From positions 4,576,001 to 4,640,000 of the forward strand of contig OY760175.1 in NCBI GenBank assembly GCA_963663165.1: a stretch of 64,000 nucleotides of DNA. Direction: 5' to 3'. Of this stretch, positions 30,995 through 38,733 are shown piece by piece. A program made the translations under genes and the position numbers. Within the stretch, counting starts at the first letter, position 1, and each line of letters begins with the position of its first letter. The stretch comes from an uncultured Desulfospira sp. Its GTDB lineage: Bacteria > Desulfobacterota > Desulfobacteria > Desulfobacterales > Desulfobacteraceae. A model generated the notes under the pieces. That model was not told the DNA's origin. It was given only the letters and a program-made list of their open reading frames with translations, and made no database searches.

Positions 30995-31653
30995 AAGACG
31001 GAGAAAAAGGCGTTATCCGCCAAAAAGGAAAAGAGAATATTACTTACGCGATTGCCCCCCACCTGCCCTGCGGCCTGGTCAGTCCGGACCAGCTTCGAAA
31101 GCTTGCCGATACGGCGGATAAGTACCAGGTGGCCGCCCTCAAAGTGACCAGCGCGGCCCGAATCGCTATCGTCGGGCTTACCGAAGATCAGGTAGATCCG
31201 GCCTGGAAAGACCTGGGCATGGACCCGGGACAGGCCACCGGGCTTTGTGTCAGAAGCGTCAAGGCCTGCCCCGGCAGTCAGTTCTGCCGGCTGGCCCAGC
31301 AGGACAGCCTTGCCATGGGCCTGGAACTGGATAAAATTTACCATGGCATGGTGCTTCCCAGCAAAATGAAAATGGGGGTCAGCGGCTGTAAAATCCAATG
31401 CGCTGAAAACTGCATCAAGGATATCGGCTTATACGGTACGCCCAAGGGATGGACTGTTACCATCGGCGGAAACGGCTCGGCCCTGCCCCGGCTTGCCGAT
31501 ATCCTGGCGGAGGATATTCCCCATCAGGAGATTTTAGGGATGGTGGCCCGGGTGGTGGACTACTATAAAGAAAATTCAAAGCGGGAGCGCATGGGCCGGA
31601 TGATTGACCGTCTCGGGCTTGAGAATGTTAAGGCGGATCTTTTGAAAGGCTGA
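30988..31653 (+). CDS. Nitrite/sulfite reductase 4Fe-4S domain protein (small stand-alone)
   Basis: [10 protein letters not shown] and KMGVSGC...C Cys pattern; overlaps the upstream stop. Confidence 0.85.
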   Translation: MLKDGEKGVIRQKGKENITYAIAPHLPCGLVSPDQLRKLADTADKYQVAALKVTSAARIAIVGLTEDQVDPAWKDLGMDPGQATGLCVRSVKACPGSQFCRLAQQDSLAMGLELDKIYHGMVLPSKMKMGVSGCKIQCAENCIKDIGLYGTPKGWTVTIGGNGSALPRLADILAEDIPHQEILGMVARVVDYYKENSKRERMGRMIDRLGLENVKADLLKG

Positions 31654-31715
31654 AAGAGAAAAGGGCGGCCTGGGAAGCTTTATCTTTTTCAGGGGGACGG
31701 GTCCGATTGTGGGGA

Positions 31716-32909
31716 TCAGATGACACCGGTTCCCAGGATCAGGTTAAGGCCCCCATTAAAGATGGTGGCGGGATGAAGTCGGGTCAGGTCTAAGGCTTTC
31801 CATGTCCGCTGGTCCGGGCAGATGATGCCGGTTCGCCATCCCTTAAAATCGGATCGCAGCTTTTGGCCGATTTCACGGTAAAAGTTAAGGGTGTCGCCTG
31901 TTTCCAGCCGTTTGCCATAGGGTGGGTTCAGGATTACCACGCCCTTTCCGGGGGGCATCCCGTCACAATTGATATCAAAGAAGCTGGCCTGCCGGACCTG
32001 AATTGGTTTTAAAAAATCGTGGGCTGAAATGTTGGCGTTAACGGCATCCACCGCTTTTTCGTTTGTATCTGAGGCGAAAATTTCAGGCCGGTCCATGACC
32101 TTGAATTGTTTTTTCATCCGGGTTTTCAGGAAATTAAAATTTTCAGGCCTGAACCCCGGCCAGGTTTCAAAGGCAAAAGATCTGAAAAATCCGGGGGGAA
32201 CCCGGGATTTGATCATGGCCCCTTCAATGGAAAAGGTGCCGGAGCCGCACATGGGGTCCAGCAATATATCGTTAGGAGAGAACCCGGTTGCCGTTAAGAC
32301 GGCAAAGGCCAGGGTTTCTCTCAGCGGGGCATCAATGGTGTTGGGTTTGACCCCGCGCTTAAACAAAAGAGCACCGGACATGTCCAGGGAAACCTGGAAC
32401 CGGTCTTTTTCTCCCCGGATCATCACGGCCTGTGAATCGGCTTTGGAATCTTGGGGGAACCCTGCCTGTCCAAGTCTGTCCTGGATCAGCCCAAGGCTTT
32501 TCTGAGCCAGGGCATCCGAGTGGTAAAGCCTGGATTGCCTGCAGGAGACCCGGACATCAAGGTCACTGCTTGCCGGTAAAAATAATTCCCAGTCAATTTT
32601 GCCAAGGCCCTTTTCAAATTCTCCAAAATGAACCGCCTTAAAAGAGTCCAGGCGCATGAGGATTCTGGACGGGGTTCTAAGGCAAAGGTTGGCCAGATAC
32701 CCATCCTGAAGCCTGCCGGTAAAACCAACCCCGCCGGGCATGATCCGGATGTCCCGGATATCAGGGTCAAGACCTTCCAATTCCTGCCGGCATAAGGGCT
32801 CAAGGCCCGGTGAGCAGGCCGCAAAGAATTCGTGGGGCCTGGCAATGACCCGCCGTTTTACCCGTTTTTCAAAAGCGGTCTGCGTCATGGTGGATGAGCT
32901 GTCAGCCAT
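31716..32909 (-). CDS. THUMP-domain class I SAM-dependent RNA methyltransferase (RlmL-like)
   Basis: APLRETLA, DPMCGSGT, NPPYG motifs. Confidence 0.9.
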   Translation of the reverse strand: MADSSSTMTQTAFEKRVKRRVIARPHEFFAACSPGLEPLCRQELEGLDPDIRDIRIMPGGVGFTGRLQDGYLANLCLRTPSRILMRLDSFKAVHFGEFEKGLGKIDWELFLPASSDLDVRVSCRQSRLYHSDALAQKSLGLIQDRLGQAGFPQDSKADSQAVMIRGEKDRFQVSLDMSGALLFKRGVKPNTIDAPLRETLAFAVLTATGFSPNDILLDPMCGSGTFSIEGAMIKSRVPPGFFRSFAFETWPGFRPENFNFLKTRMKKQFKVMDRPEIFASDTNEKAVDAVNANISAHDFLKPIQVRQASFFDINCDGMPPGKGVVILNPPYGKRLETGDTLNFYREIGQKLRSDFKGWRTGIICPDQRTWKALDLTRLHPATIFNGGLNLILGTGVI

Positions 32910-32973
32910 TAGCTTTTAAGCTTTGCCGGAAATAAATCTGGTTTAAAAATTCGGGCTGTTGGCGACGGTTTTA

Positions 32974-33228
32974 TCAGAAGGTTTTTCCGCAGCAGGAGCC
33001 GGGGCCGGCGCATCCGGATGCCTCACCGGGTCTGGAGCCGCAGCAGGCCGTGTCATTGAATCCGGGCATGCGGGTTCCGGATGAACCGGACATGGAGGAA
33101 TGGGCCGCCATGAGTTTGGTTAAGTTTTTGCTGCCGCAATGGGTACAGACCGGTGAATCCGATGAGTTGACGATTAACACTTCACTGGACTGACCGCAGT
33201 CTTCACATTTAAAATCAAAAAGGGGCAT
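32974..33228 (-). CDS. FmdB-family zinc-ribbon protein
   Basis: MPLFDFKCEDCG..CTHCGS plus Cys-rich tail. Confidence 0.88.
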   Translation of the reverse strand: MPLFDFKCEDCGQSSEVLIVNSSDSPVCTHCGSKNLTKLMAAHSSMSGSSGTRMPGFNDTACCGSRPGEASGCAGPGSCCGKTF

Positions 33229-33408
33229 AATTAAACCTCATTTATTAGGAAAATAGGCTGAAGGCGGAAGACTGAAGGGGGCTTGTCAATAAAAGGGAAC
33301 TCATACTTCAGCCTAAACACCTTCAGTCTTCAGCCTCAATCCAATCCAAAAGCCAACGGCGAACCGCTAATAGCTAACAGCTAAAGGCTAAAAGCTAACA
33401 GCTTCTTC

Positions 33409-33768
33409 CTACCAATGGCCTTCCGCGTTGGCGTCATCGGCAAATTCAAACTCACCGGCGTTGAATTTTTCAATCACCTGGTTGATGGTGCCGGTGGCGT
33501 TATTGGCCACTTTAACACCGGCCGCATCCAGGGTTTTGAATGCATTGGGGCCGCAGAACCCCGTCAGCAGCACTTTGGCCCCTTTATTGGCGATATTGGC
33601 GGCCGCCTGGATCCCGGCGCCCTTAAATGCGTTTTTGTTGTCATCATTGTCAATGACTTCGAATTCTTTTGTGTCTGTATCGACAATGATAATATATGCA
33701 GCCCGGCCAAACCTGGGGTCTACTTCAGCCTCAAGGTCTTTGCCCTGGGATGTTACGGCAATTTTCAT
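33409..33768 (-). CDS. NifB/NifX (MTH1175)-family protein, orange-protein (Orp)-like
   Basis: MKIAVTS..VDPRFGRA, GAGIQAA, TGFCGPNAF, terminal GHW; AGAGGA RBS. Confidence 0.9.
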   Translation of the reverse strand: MKIAVTSQGKDLEAEVDPRFGRAAYIIIVDTDTKEFEVIDNDDNKNAFKGAGIQAAANIANKGAKVLLTGFCGPNAFKTLDAAGVKVANNATGTINQVIEKFNAGEFEFADDANAEGHW

Positions 33769-33863
33769 TTTGGTTGTCCTTCTTTGTTTGTGCAAGCTGT
33801 TATCAGCCTTCCGGCTGTAGCCATGGTCAGGCATTTCCTGGTGCCTGACCATGGCTGCTTTAT

Positions 33864-34247
33864 CTATTGTCCGCCGCCACCGCCGCAGACCTGGTCATTC
33901 CTGATTTCCGTAAGTTTGCCTTCAATCAGGTCCATGACCACTGGTTCAATTTCCGGTCTTTCGGCATCGTGGTAAACGTCAATGCCCACCTGGCGGAAGC
34001 CCATGAGCGGCCTCATGCCGATGCCGCCGACCACCAGGGCATTCACCCTGTTTTCCGACAGCAGGTTGACCGGAACCATGCAGCCGCCCTGGACATGCTC
34101 CTGGTTGGGAAGGATGGAAACCTCTTTGATCTTGCCATCTTCGACATCAATTAATGTAAAGACATCACAATGTCCAAAATGACCTGCCCTGGTTCCTTTG
34201 AGTCCGCCTTCCCCATTGGAGGGGACTGCAATTCTACCGTTTTTCAT
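33864..34247 (-). CDS. NifB/NifX-family Fe-Mo cofactor-binding domain protein
   Basis: RIAVPS..GHFGHCD, HVQGGC, GGIGMRP. Confidence 0.9.
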   Translation of the reverse strand: MKNGRIAVPSNGEGGLKGTRAGHFGHCDVFTLIDVEDGKIKEVSILPNQEHVQGGCMVPVNLLSENRVNALVVGGIGMRPLMGFRQVGIDVYHDAERPEIEPVVMDLIEGKLTEIRNDQVCGGGGGQ

Positions 34248-34383
34248 TTCATACTGCTCCTTAATTAGGGGTTTAGGCTGAAGGGGCTTGGGCTGAAGGG
34301 GCTTGCCTTGCCTGCCTTCAGCCTAACAACCTTCAGTCTTCAGCCTGTTTTTCTGGTTATATTAAAGTCCAAACAAAAAATTC

Positions 34384-34508
34384 GTGTTTGGACGAAAAGT
34401 TGCCCAGATGCAAGGCGAAGAAAAAATGGCAACCGGAGCAACCTCTTGGTTGTGAGGATTGCCATTTTTTCTGCAACGCAACAGATGGGTGACTTTTCGT
34501 TCAAACAC
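34384..34508. repeat. Structured palindromic MITE-like element, copy C
   Basis: GTGTTTGGACGAAAAGTTGCCCA...TGGGTGACTTTTCGTTCAAACAC. Confidence 0.85.
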
Positions 34509-35401
34509 TACATTATTCTTTCAAGCTTCATGGCAGAACTATCCATAACCTTCTGCCATATCTCTTTTATCGCCCGTCCGGCATCAGAATCCTGAGCCGT
34601 TTCCAGAACGGTTTTTCCCTGGATCATGGCCCGGGTAAATTCCGGATCAAAGGGGATTCTGCCGGCAAGGCCGAACCCTTTTTCTTCGGCAATGGCTTCA
34701 ATGGCCAGGCCCTGTTCCGGGTTCAGATCAAATTTGTTGATACAGACCATGGCCGGGATTTTAAAATGCTTGGCCAGCTGGGCCACCCGCTCCATATCAT
34801 GAACCCCGGAAACCGTGGGCTCGGTGACAATGAGAATGGCGCTGGCCTGGCCGATACTGGCAATCACCGGACAGCCGATGCCTGGAGGGCCGTCGGTGAG
34901 GATCAGGTCAATTTTCCGGTCCCGAGCCTGTTTTTTGGCCTGTTCCCGGACAAGGGCCACCAGCCGGCCGGAATTTTCTTCGGCAATTCCCAACCGGGCA
35001 TGGACCATGGGGCCGAACCGGGTCTCGGAAATAAACCACTGGCCGCAGGTTTTTTCCGGGAAATCAATGGCCTGTTCCGGGCACATGTCCACACAGACGC
35101 CGCACCCCTCACAGTCTATGGGGGCTATGGTAAACCCGTCATCAGTTTCTTTGACCGCGTCAAACCGGCAAAGGGCCATGCACTGACCGCATTGGGTACA
35201 TTTATCCGGGTTGATGATGGCCTCATTGCCGCTTACAAAGTCGGTTGTCTGCTTGATTTCCGGCGCCATGAGCAGGTGGAGATCCGCCGCATCCACATCG
35301 GCATCACACAGGATCTGATTTTCTGAAAGGCTCGCAAAGGCCGCTGTCAGGCTGGTTTTGCCGGTCCCGCCTTTGCCGCTCAGTATGACCAGTTCTTTCA
35401 T
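34508..35401 (-). CDS. MinD/ParA-type ATPase with 4Fe-4S dicluster (orp cluster)
   Basis: SGKGGTGKT, DADVDA, CTQCGQC..C, CEGCGVC..CP, DGPPGIGCP. Confidence 0.92.
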   Translation of the reverse strand: MKELVILSGKGGTGKTSLTAAFASLSENQILCDADVDAADLHLLMAPEIKQTTDFVSGNEAIINPDKCTQCGQCMALCRFDAVKETDDGFTIAPIDCEGCGVCVDMCPEQAIDFPEKTCGQWFISETRFGPMVHARLGIAEENSGRLVALVREQAKKQARDRKIDLILTDGPPGIGCPVIASIGQASAILIVTEPTVSGVHDMERVAQLAKHFKIPAMVCINKFDLNPEQGLAIEAIAEEKGFGLAGRIPFDPEFTRAMIQGKTVLETAQDSDAGRAIKEIWQKVMDSSAMKLERIM

Positions 35402-36267
35402 TGGGCAGGACTCCTTTTTTCTAATATGGTGGTTATCTTTTCCAAAAGCGTTGAAAATTTTTCCTGGTACTCGGGCAGGGATGAAACAATAAGTTCCCCT
35501 TTGGAGTAGCTTTCGGCAATCCGTCTGTCAAAGGGGATCTCCATTAAAACCGGGATGTTTTCCTTTTGGGCGTAGGCCAGTACATCATCGTTCCCCATGC
35601 CGGCCCGGTTGATGACCAGGCCGTGGGGAATGCCAAGGAGCCTGACCGCTCCAACGGCCAGGGTCAGGTCATGAAGGCCGAAGGGGGTGGGCTCGGTGAC
35701 CAGGACCACAAAATCAGCCCCCTTCATGGCGGCAATAACCGGACAGGATGTCCCCGGCGGTGCGTCGATGATGTTGATTTTGTCAGGGTCCTGATGGGTC
35801 CGGACCTGTTTGATAATGGGCGGGGCCATGACCTGTCCGATATCCATGAGACCGCGGACAAATCCGATAGAAGAAGGCTCATCGGTTTTAAAGGTCCCTG
35901 CCTCCACAACCCCTAAGGATCTGTCCTTTTCGGTTACGGCGTTTTCAGGGCAGATGGCCATACACCCGCCGCAGGAGTGGCACAGTTCCGGAAAGGTCAC
36001 CACGGTTTTACCGGCCACGGCAATGGCGCCGTACCGGCAGATGTCCATACATTTTCTGCAAAAGGTGCATTTTTGTTGATCAATTTCCGGGATCGGGGCA
36101 TTGACCTTTTGGCTTTCATCCATTTGAGGATGTAAGAACAGATGGGAATTGGGTTCTTCCACATCACAGTCCAGGATCTGGGCCTTTTCCCCGATCATCC
36201 GTGCCAGGTTGGTACTCACGAGGGTCTTTCCTGTACCGCCTTTGCCGCTGGCAATGCTGATAATCAT
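35398..36267 (-). CDS. MinD/ParA-type ATPase with 4Fe-4S dicluster (orp cluster)
   Basis: SGKGGTGKT, DCDVEEPN, CTFCRKC..C, CHSCGGC..CP, DAPPGTSCP. Confidence 0.92.
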   Translation of the reverse strand: MIISIASGKGGTGKTLVSTNLARMIGEKAQILDCDVEEPNSHLFLHPQMDESQKVNAPIPEIDQQKCTFCRKCMDICRYGAIAVAGKTVVTFPELCHSCGGCMAICPENAVTEKDRSLGVVEAGTFKTDEPSSIGFVRGLMDIGQVMAPPIIKQVRTHQDPDKINIIDAPPGTSCPVIAAMKGADFVVLVTEPTPFGLHDLTLAVGAVRLLGIPHGLVINRAGMGNDDVLAYAQKENIPVLMEIPFDRRIAESYSKGELIVSSLPEYQEKFSTLLEKITTILEKRSPAQ

Positions 36268-36327
36268 TGTTTTGGGTCCTTGTAATTAGCAGTTAGCTAT
36301 TGGCCGTTAGCCTTTCGCTGTTTGCGG

Positions 36328-36708
36328 TTAGCCGTTTGTCAGGCTGAAAATTTTTTTAATGCAGGCGATCATGTTCTGGGCGTCCTGGGGGCCGGGGGTT
36401 AAAGGCAGCGGCATTAACACCCCAAGGCCCTCAAAATAATCATGGAATTCCTTATGGGCAAGGGAGCTGACCGGAATGCAGTTGACCATGGGATTGGTCA
36501 TTATGGCTTTTTCCACCAGTTCTTTGGTCTCCATATCCCCAAGTCCCGTGTCTGCAATAAACAGATCAACGGCCTTTTGTTGTTTTATCAGGTCCACGGC
36601 TTCCTGGCCGGAAGCCGCCCAGGCAATTTCAAACTGGTTGTCTGCCAGGGCCTGTACAATATCAGAAAATTTAGGTTGATCTTCTGTTGCGATAACCGCC
36701 TGTTTCAT
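36328..36708 (-). CDS. Atypical single-domain receiver-like protein
   Basis: AASGQEAV..DLFIAD fold pattern but no conserved Lys; GGAG RBS before ATG 36708. Confidence 0.7.
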   Translation of the reverse strand: MKQAVIATEDQPKFSDIVQALADNQFEIAWAASGQEAVDLIKQQKAVDLFIADTGLGDMETKELVEKAIMTNPMVNCIPVSSLAHKEFHDYFEGLGVLMPLPLTPGPQDAQNMIACIKKIFSLTNG

Positions 36709-36737
36709 GTTTGTTTTCTCCAATGTTTCCAAATAAC

Positions 36738-36829
36738 GGCCACGGGCCGTCTTGGTTATCCAACCAAGAACCGCCCACAATAAATAATGAAAGTCTTCTC
36801 AAGATGTTAGTGAGACTTTCATATAAAAC
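36738..36829 (-). mobile_element. 92-bp two-hairpin miniature element, copy 1
   Basis: Near-identical reverse complement of 43937-44028; both copies begin with GTT and are followed by GTTAT. Confidence 0.85.
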
Positions 36830-37036
36830 GGTCAACCCCTAAAGAGCAGAAGCCGGACCGCTCCTGATGATTGGCGTCAAAAAGCAGTCCACAACTGAAA
36901 GGCTGTCTGCAGCAAGCCTTCAGGGCCAATCAAACCAGCCGGTGCCTATGGGCAACAGCCCCCATAATGTTTGTCAGACATGGGCTCATGTCAAGCTTAT
37001 GTCCCATAATCTTTTCAATATGGCATCTTATAGGTT

Positions 37037-37052
37037 AGCAAAGCCTGTGCCA
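37037..37052 (-). promoter_or_regulatory. Sigma54 promoter of the orp-like operon
   Basis: Minus strand TGGCAC-AGGCT-TTGCT; imperfect palindrome GGGCGCA-CAAA-TGCGACC at 37152-37169 is a possible enhancer. Confidence 0.85.
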
Positions 37053-37239
37053 TGGCAGTGGCTTTCGGGGGGTGATTTGATATAACTATTTAATATGGTT
37101 GAAATAAATTCAATTGAAAGACGAGAGGTGACAAAAGCCGCCTTTCGGGGTGGGCGCACAAATGCGACCAGTGGTATTAGGGAGACAGGCTGTAGGTGGT
37201 TAGGCTGAAGGGGATTGAGATCCTTCAGCCTAAACCCCT

Positions 37240-38307
37240 TCAGCCTACGGTCTTGATTAGGTCAGCCGTGGATAATTTATCATAGGCGGTCTTAATTAAC
37301 TCAACCGTGCTGTCCCAGGAGATGCACTCATCGGTGATGGAAACCCCGTATTTGAGCTCGTCTGGCGCACAGGAACAATCCTGGCGTCCCTCAAAGAGGT
37401 TGCTTTCCAGCATCAACCCGATGATCCGGTGGTTTCCCTGGAGCCGCTGGTCAAGGGCGCTGTGAAAAACAAAGGCCTGGCCGGTGTACCGCTGGCCGGA
37501 GTTATCGTGGGAGCAGTCAATGACAATGGCATCGGGCAGGCCTTTTTCCTTAAGCTGTTCCTGGGTTTTTCCTACGGAAATGGGGTCATAGTTGGGATGG
37601 GTCCCGCCCCGAAGGACAATGTGGCCGTATTTATTGCCCTTGGTACTGACAACGGCGGACATCCCATGGGGATCTATGCCCAGAAAATGCTGGGGCGCAG
37701 CCGCAGCCTGCATGGCATTGATGGCGGCTTTCAGGCTTCCGTCGGTGCTGTTTTTAAATCCCACGGGCATGGACAGGCCCGAGGCCATTTCCCGGTGGGT
37801 CTGAGATTCTGTTGTCCTGGCGCCGATGGCCACCCAGGAAAGCAGGCCTGCGATATACTGGGGGGTGATGGGGTCCAGGATCTCGGTGGCCGTGGGCAGT
37901 CCCATTTTGTTGATGTCGGCCAGCAGGGACCGGGCGGTTCTCAACCCGGTATTTACATTGTAGGACGAGTCCAGGAACGGGTCATTGATCAGCCCTTTCC
38001 ACCCCACCGTGGTCCGGGGTTTTTCAAAATAGACCCGCATGACCAGGCAGATTTTATCGGCCACCTGTTTTTTCAGGTCATTCATCTTCCCGGCATAGTC
38101 AAGGGCCGCCTTGGTATCGTGAATAGAGCAGGGGCCGGCAATAATCATCAGGCGCTTGTCTTTTCCCGAAATGATATTCTCAATATCCTTGCGGCTGTTG
38201 ATGACGGTTTGTGCCACATCCTCTTCAACAGGAATTTCCTGTTTGATGCGGTCAGGGGAAATAATGGGAATAAATTCTTTTACATTTACATCGTAAGTGA
38301 GTTTCAT
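37240..38307 (-). CDS. DAHP synthase (class I-alpha, AroF/G/H type)
   Basis: GPCSIHD, RVYFEKPRTTVGWKG, IGARTTESQTHRE, IDCSH, YGVSITDEC. Confidence 0.97.
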   Translation of the reverse strand: MKLTYDVNVKEFIPIISPDRIKQEIPVEEDVAQTVINSRKDIENIISGKDKRLMIIAGPCSIHDTKAALDYAGKMNDLKKQVADKICLVMRVYFEKPRTTVGWKGLINDPFLDSSYNVNTGLRTARSLLADINKMGLPTATEILDPITPQYIAGLLSWVAIGARTTESQTHREMASGLSMPVGFKNSTDGSLKAAINAMQAAAAPQHFLGIDPHGMSAVVSTKGNKYGHIVLRGGTHPNYDPISVGKTQEQLKEKGLPDAIVIDCSHDNSGQRYTGQAFVFHSALDQRLQGNHRIIGLMLESNLFEGRQDCSCAPDELKYGVSITDECISWDSTVELIKTAYDKLSTADLIKTVG

Positions 38308-38350
38308 GGCGGTTTCCTTAAATTTTTCAGGCTTGGGACCGCCCGGGCAG

Positions 38351-38386
38351 AAAAGAAAAACCGCAGGCAGCTGCTGCCTGCGGTTT
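38351..38386 (-). terminator. Attenuator terminator upstream of DAHP synthase
   Basis: Minus strand AAACCGCAGGCAG-CAG-CTGCCTGCGGTTT-TTCTTTT. Confidence 0.9.
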
Positions 38387-38391
38387 GAAAT

Positions 38392-38475
38392 CTAGAGATT
38401 CATCCATACGCCACAGGCAGTTCGGGTATAAAAATAATACCAAAAATAATAGCTGCCTGTATAGCGTGAATTCAT
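38392..38475 (-). CDS. Aromatic amino acid leader peptide MNSRYTGSYYFWYYFYTRTACGVWMNL
   Basis: Run of eight consecutive Tyr/Phe/Trp codons, GGAG upstream, stop just before the terminator; alternative ATG at 38490. Confidence 0.9.
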   Translation of the reverse strand: MNSRYTGSYYFWYYFYTRTACGVWMNL

Positions 38476-38658
38476 CTGGTCTGTCTCCATAGGGTTATGG
38501 TTGGAATAGACCATAAAACCATTCCCGTGTCAACCGGTATCCAGTGTTTAAAAAAAACAAAAACCAAATTCTTACAAAAAGCTAAACTTTATCTCACAAA
38601 AATAATGGTATTTAAGGAACCAAAATAAAAAATTGATAGTTGCCGGCTCATAGCCCCC

Positions 38659-38718
38659 AGCTAACCGCTAACGGCTAACAGCTAACAGCTAATGGCTAAC
38701 GGCTAATAGCTAACAGCT
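38659..38718. repeat. Tandem heptamer (A/G)GCTAA(C/T) repeats
   Basis: AGCTAACCGCTAACGGCTAACAGCTAACAGCTAATGGCTAAC...; related tracts at 33366-33403, ~36285-36335 and ~20734-20750. Confidence 0.85.
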
Positions 38719-38733
38719 TAAAAAGGAGGGATC

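Noticed and set aside
36709..36780. Extended N-terminus of the 36328-36780 ORF
   Set aside because: Extension comes from the 92-bp element; the RBS supports ATG 36708
37429..38388. 319-aa plus-strand ORF
   Set aside because: Antisense shadow of DAHP synthase with no motifs; the same applies to the many 60-270 aa ORFs overlapping assigned genes
38659..38718. CRISPR array
   Set aside because: 7-bp tandem units with no spacers and no cas genes
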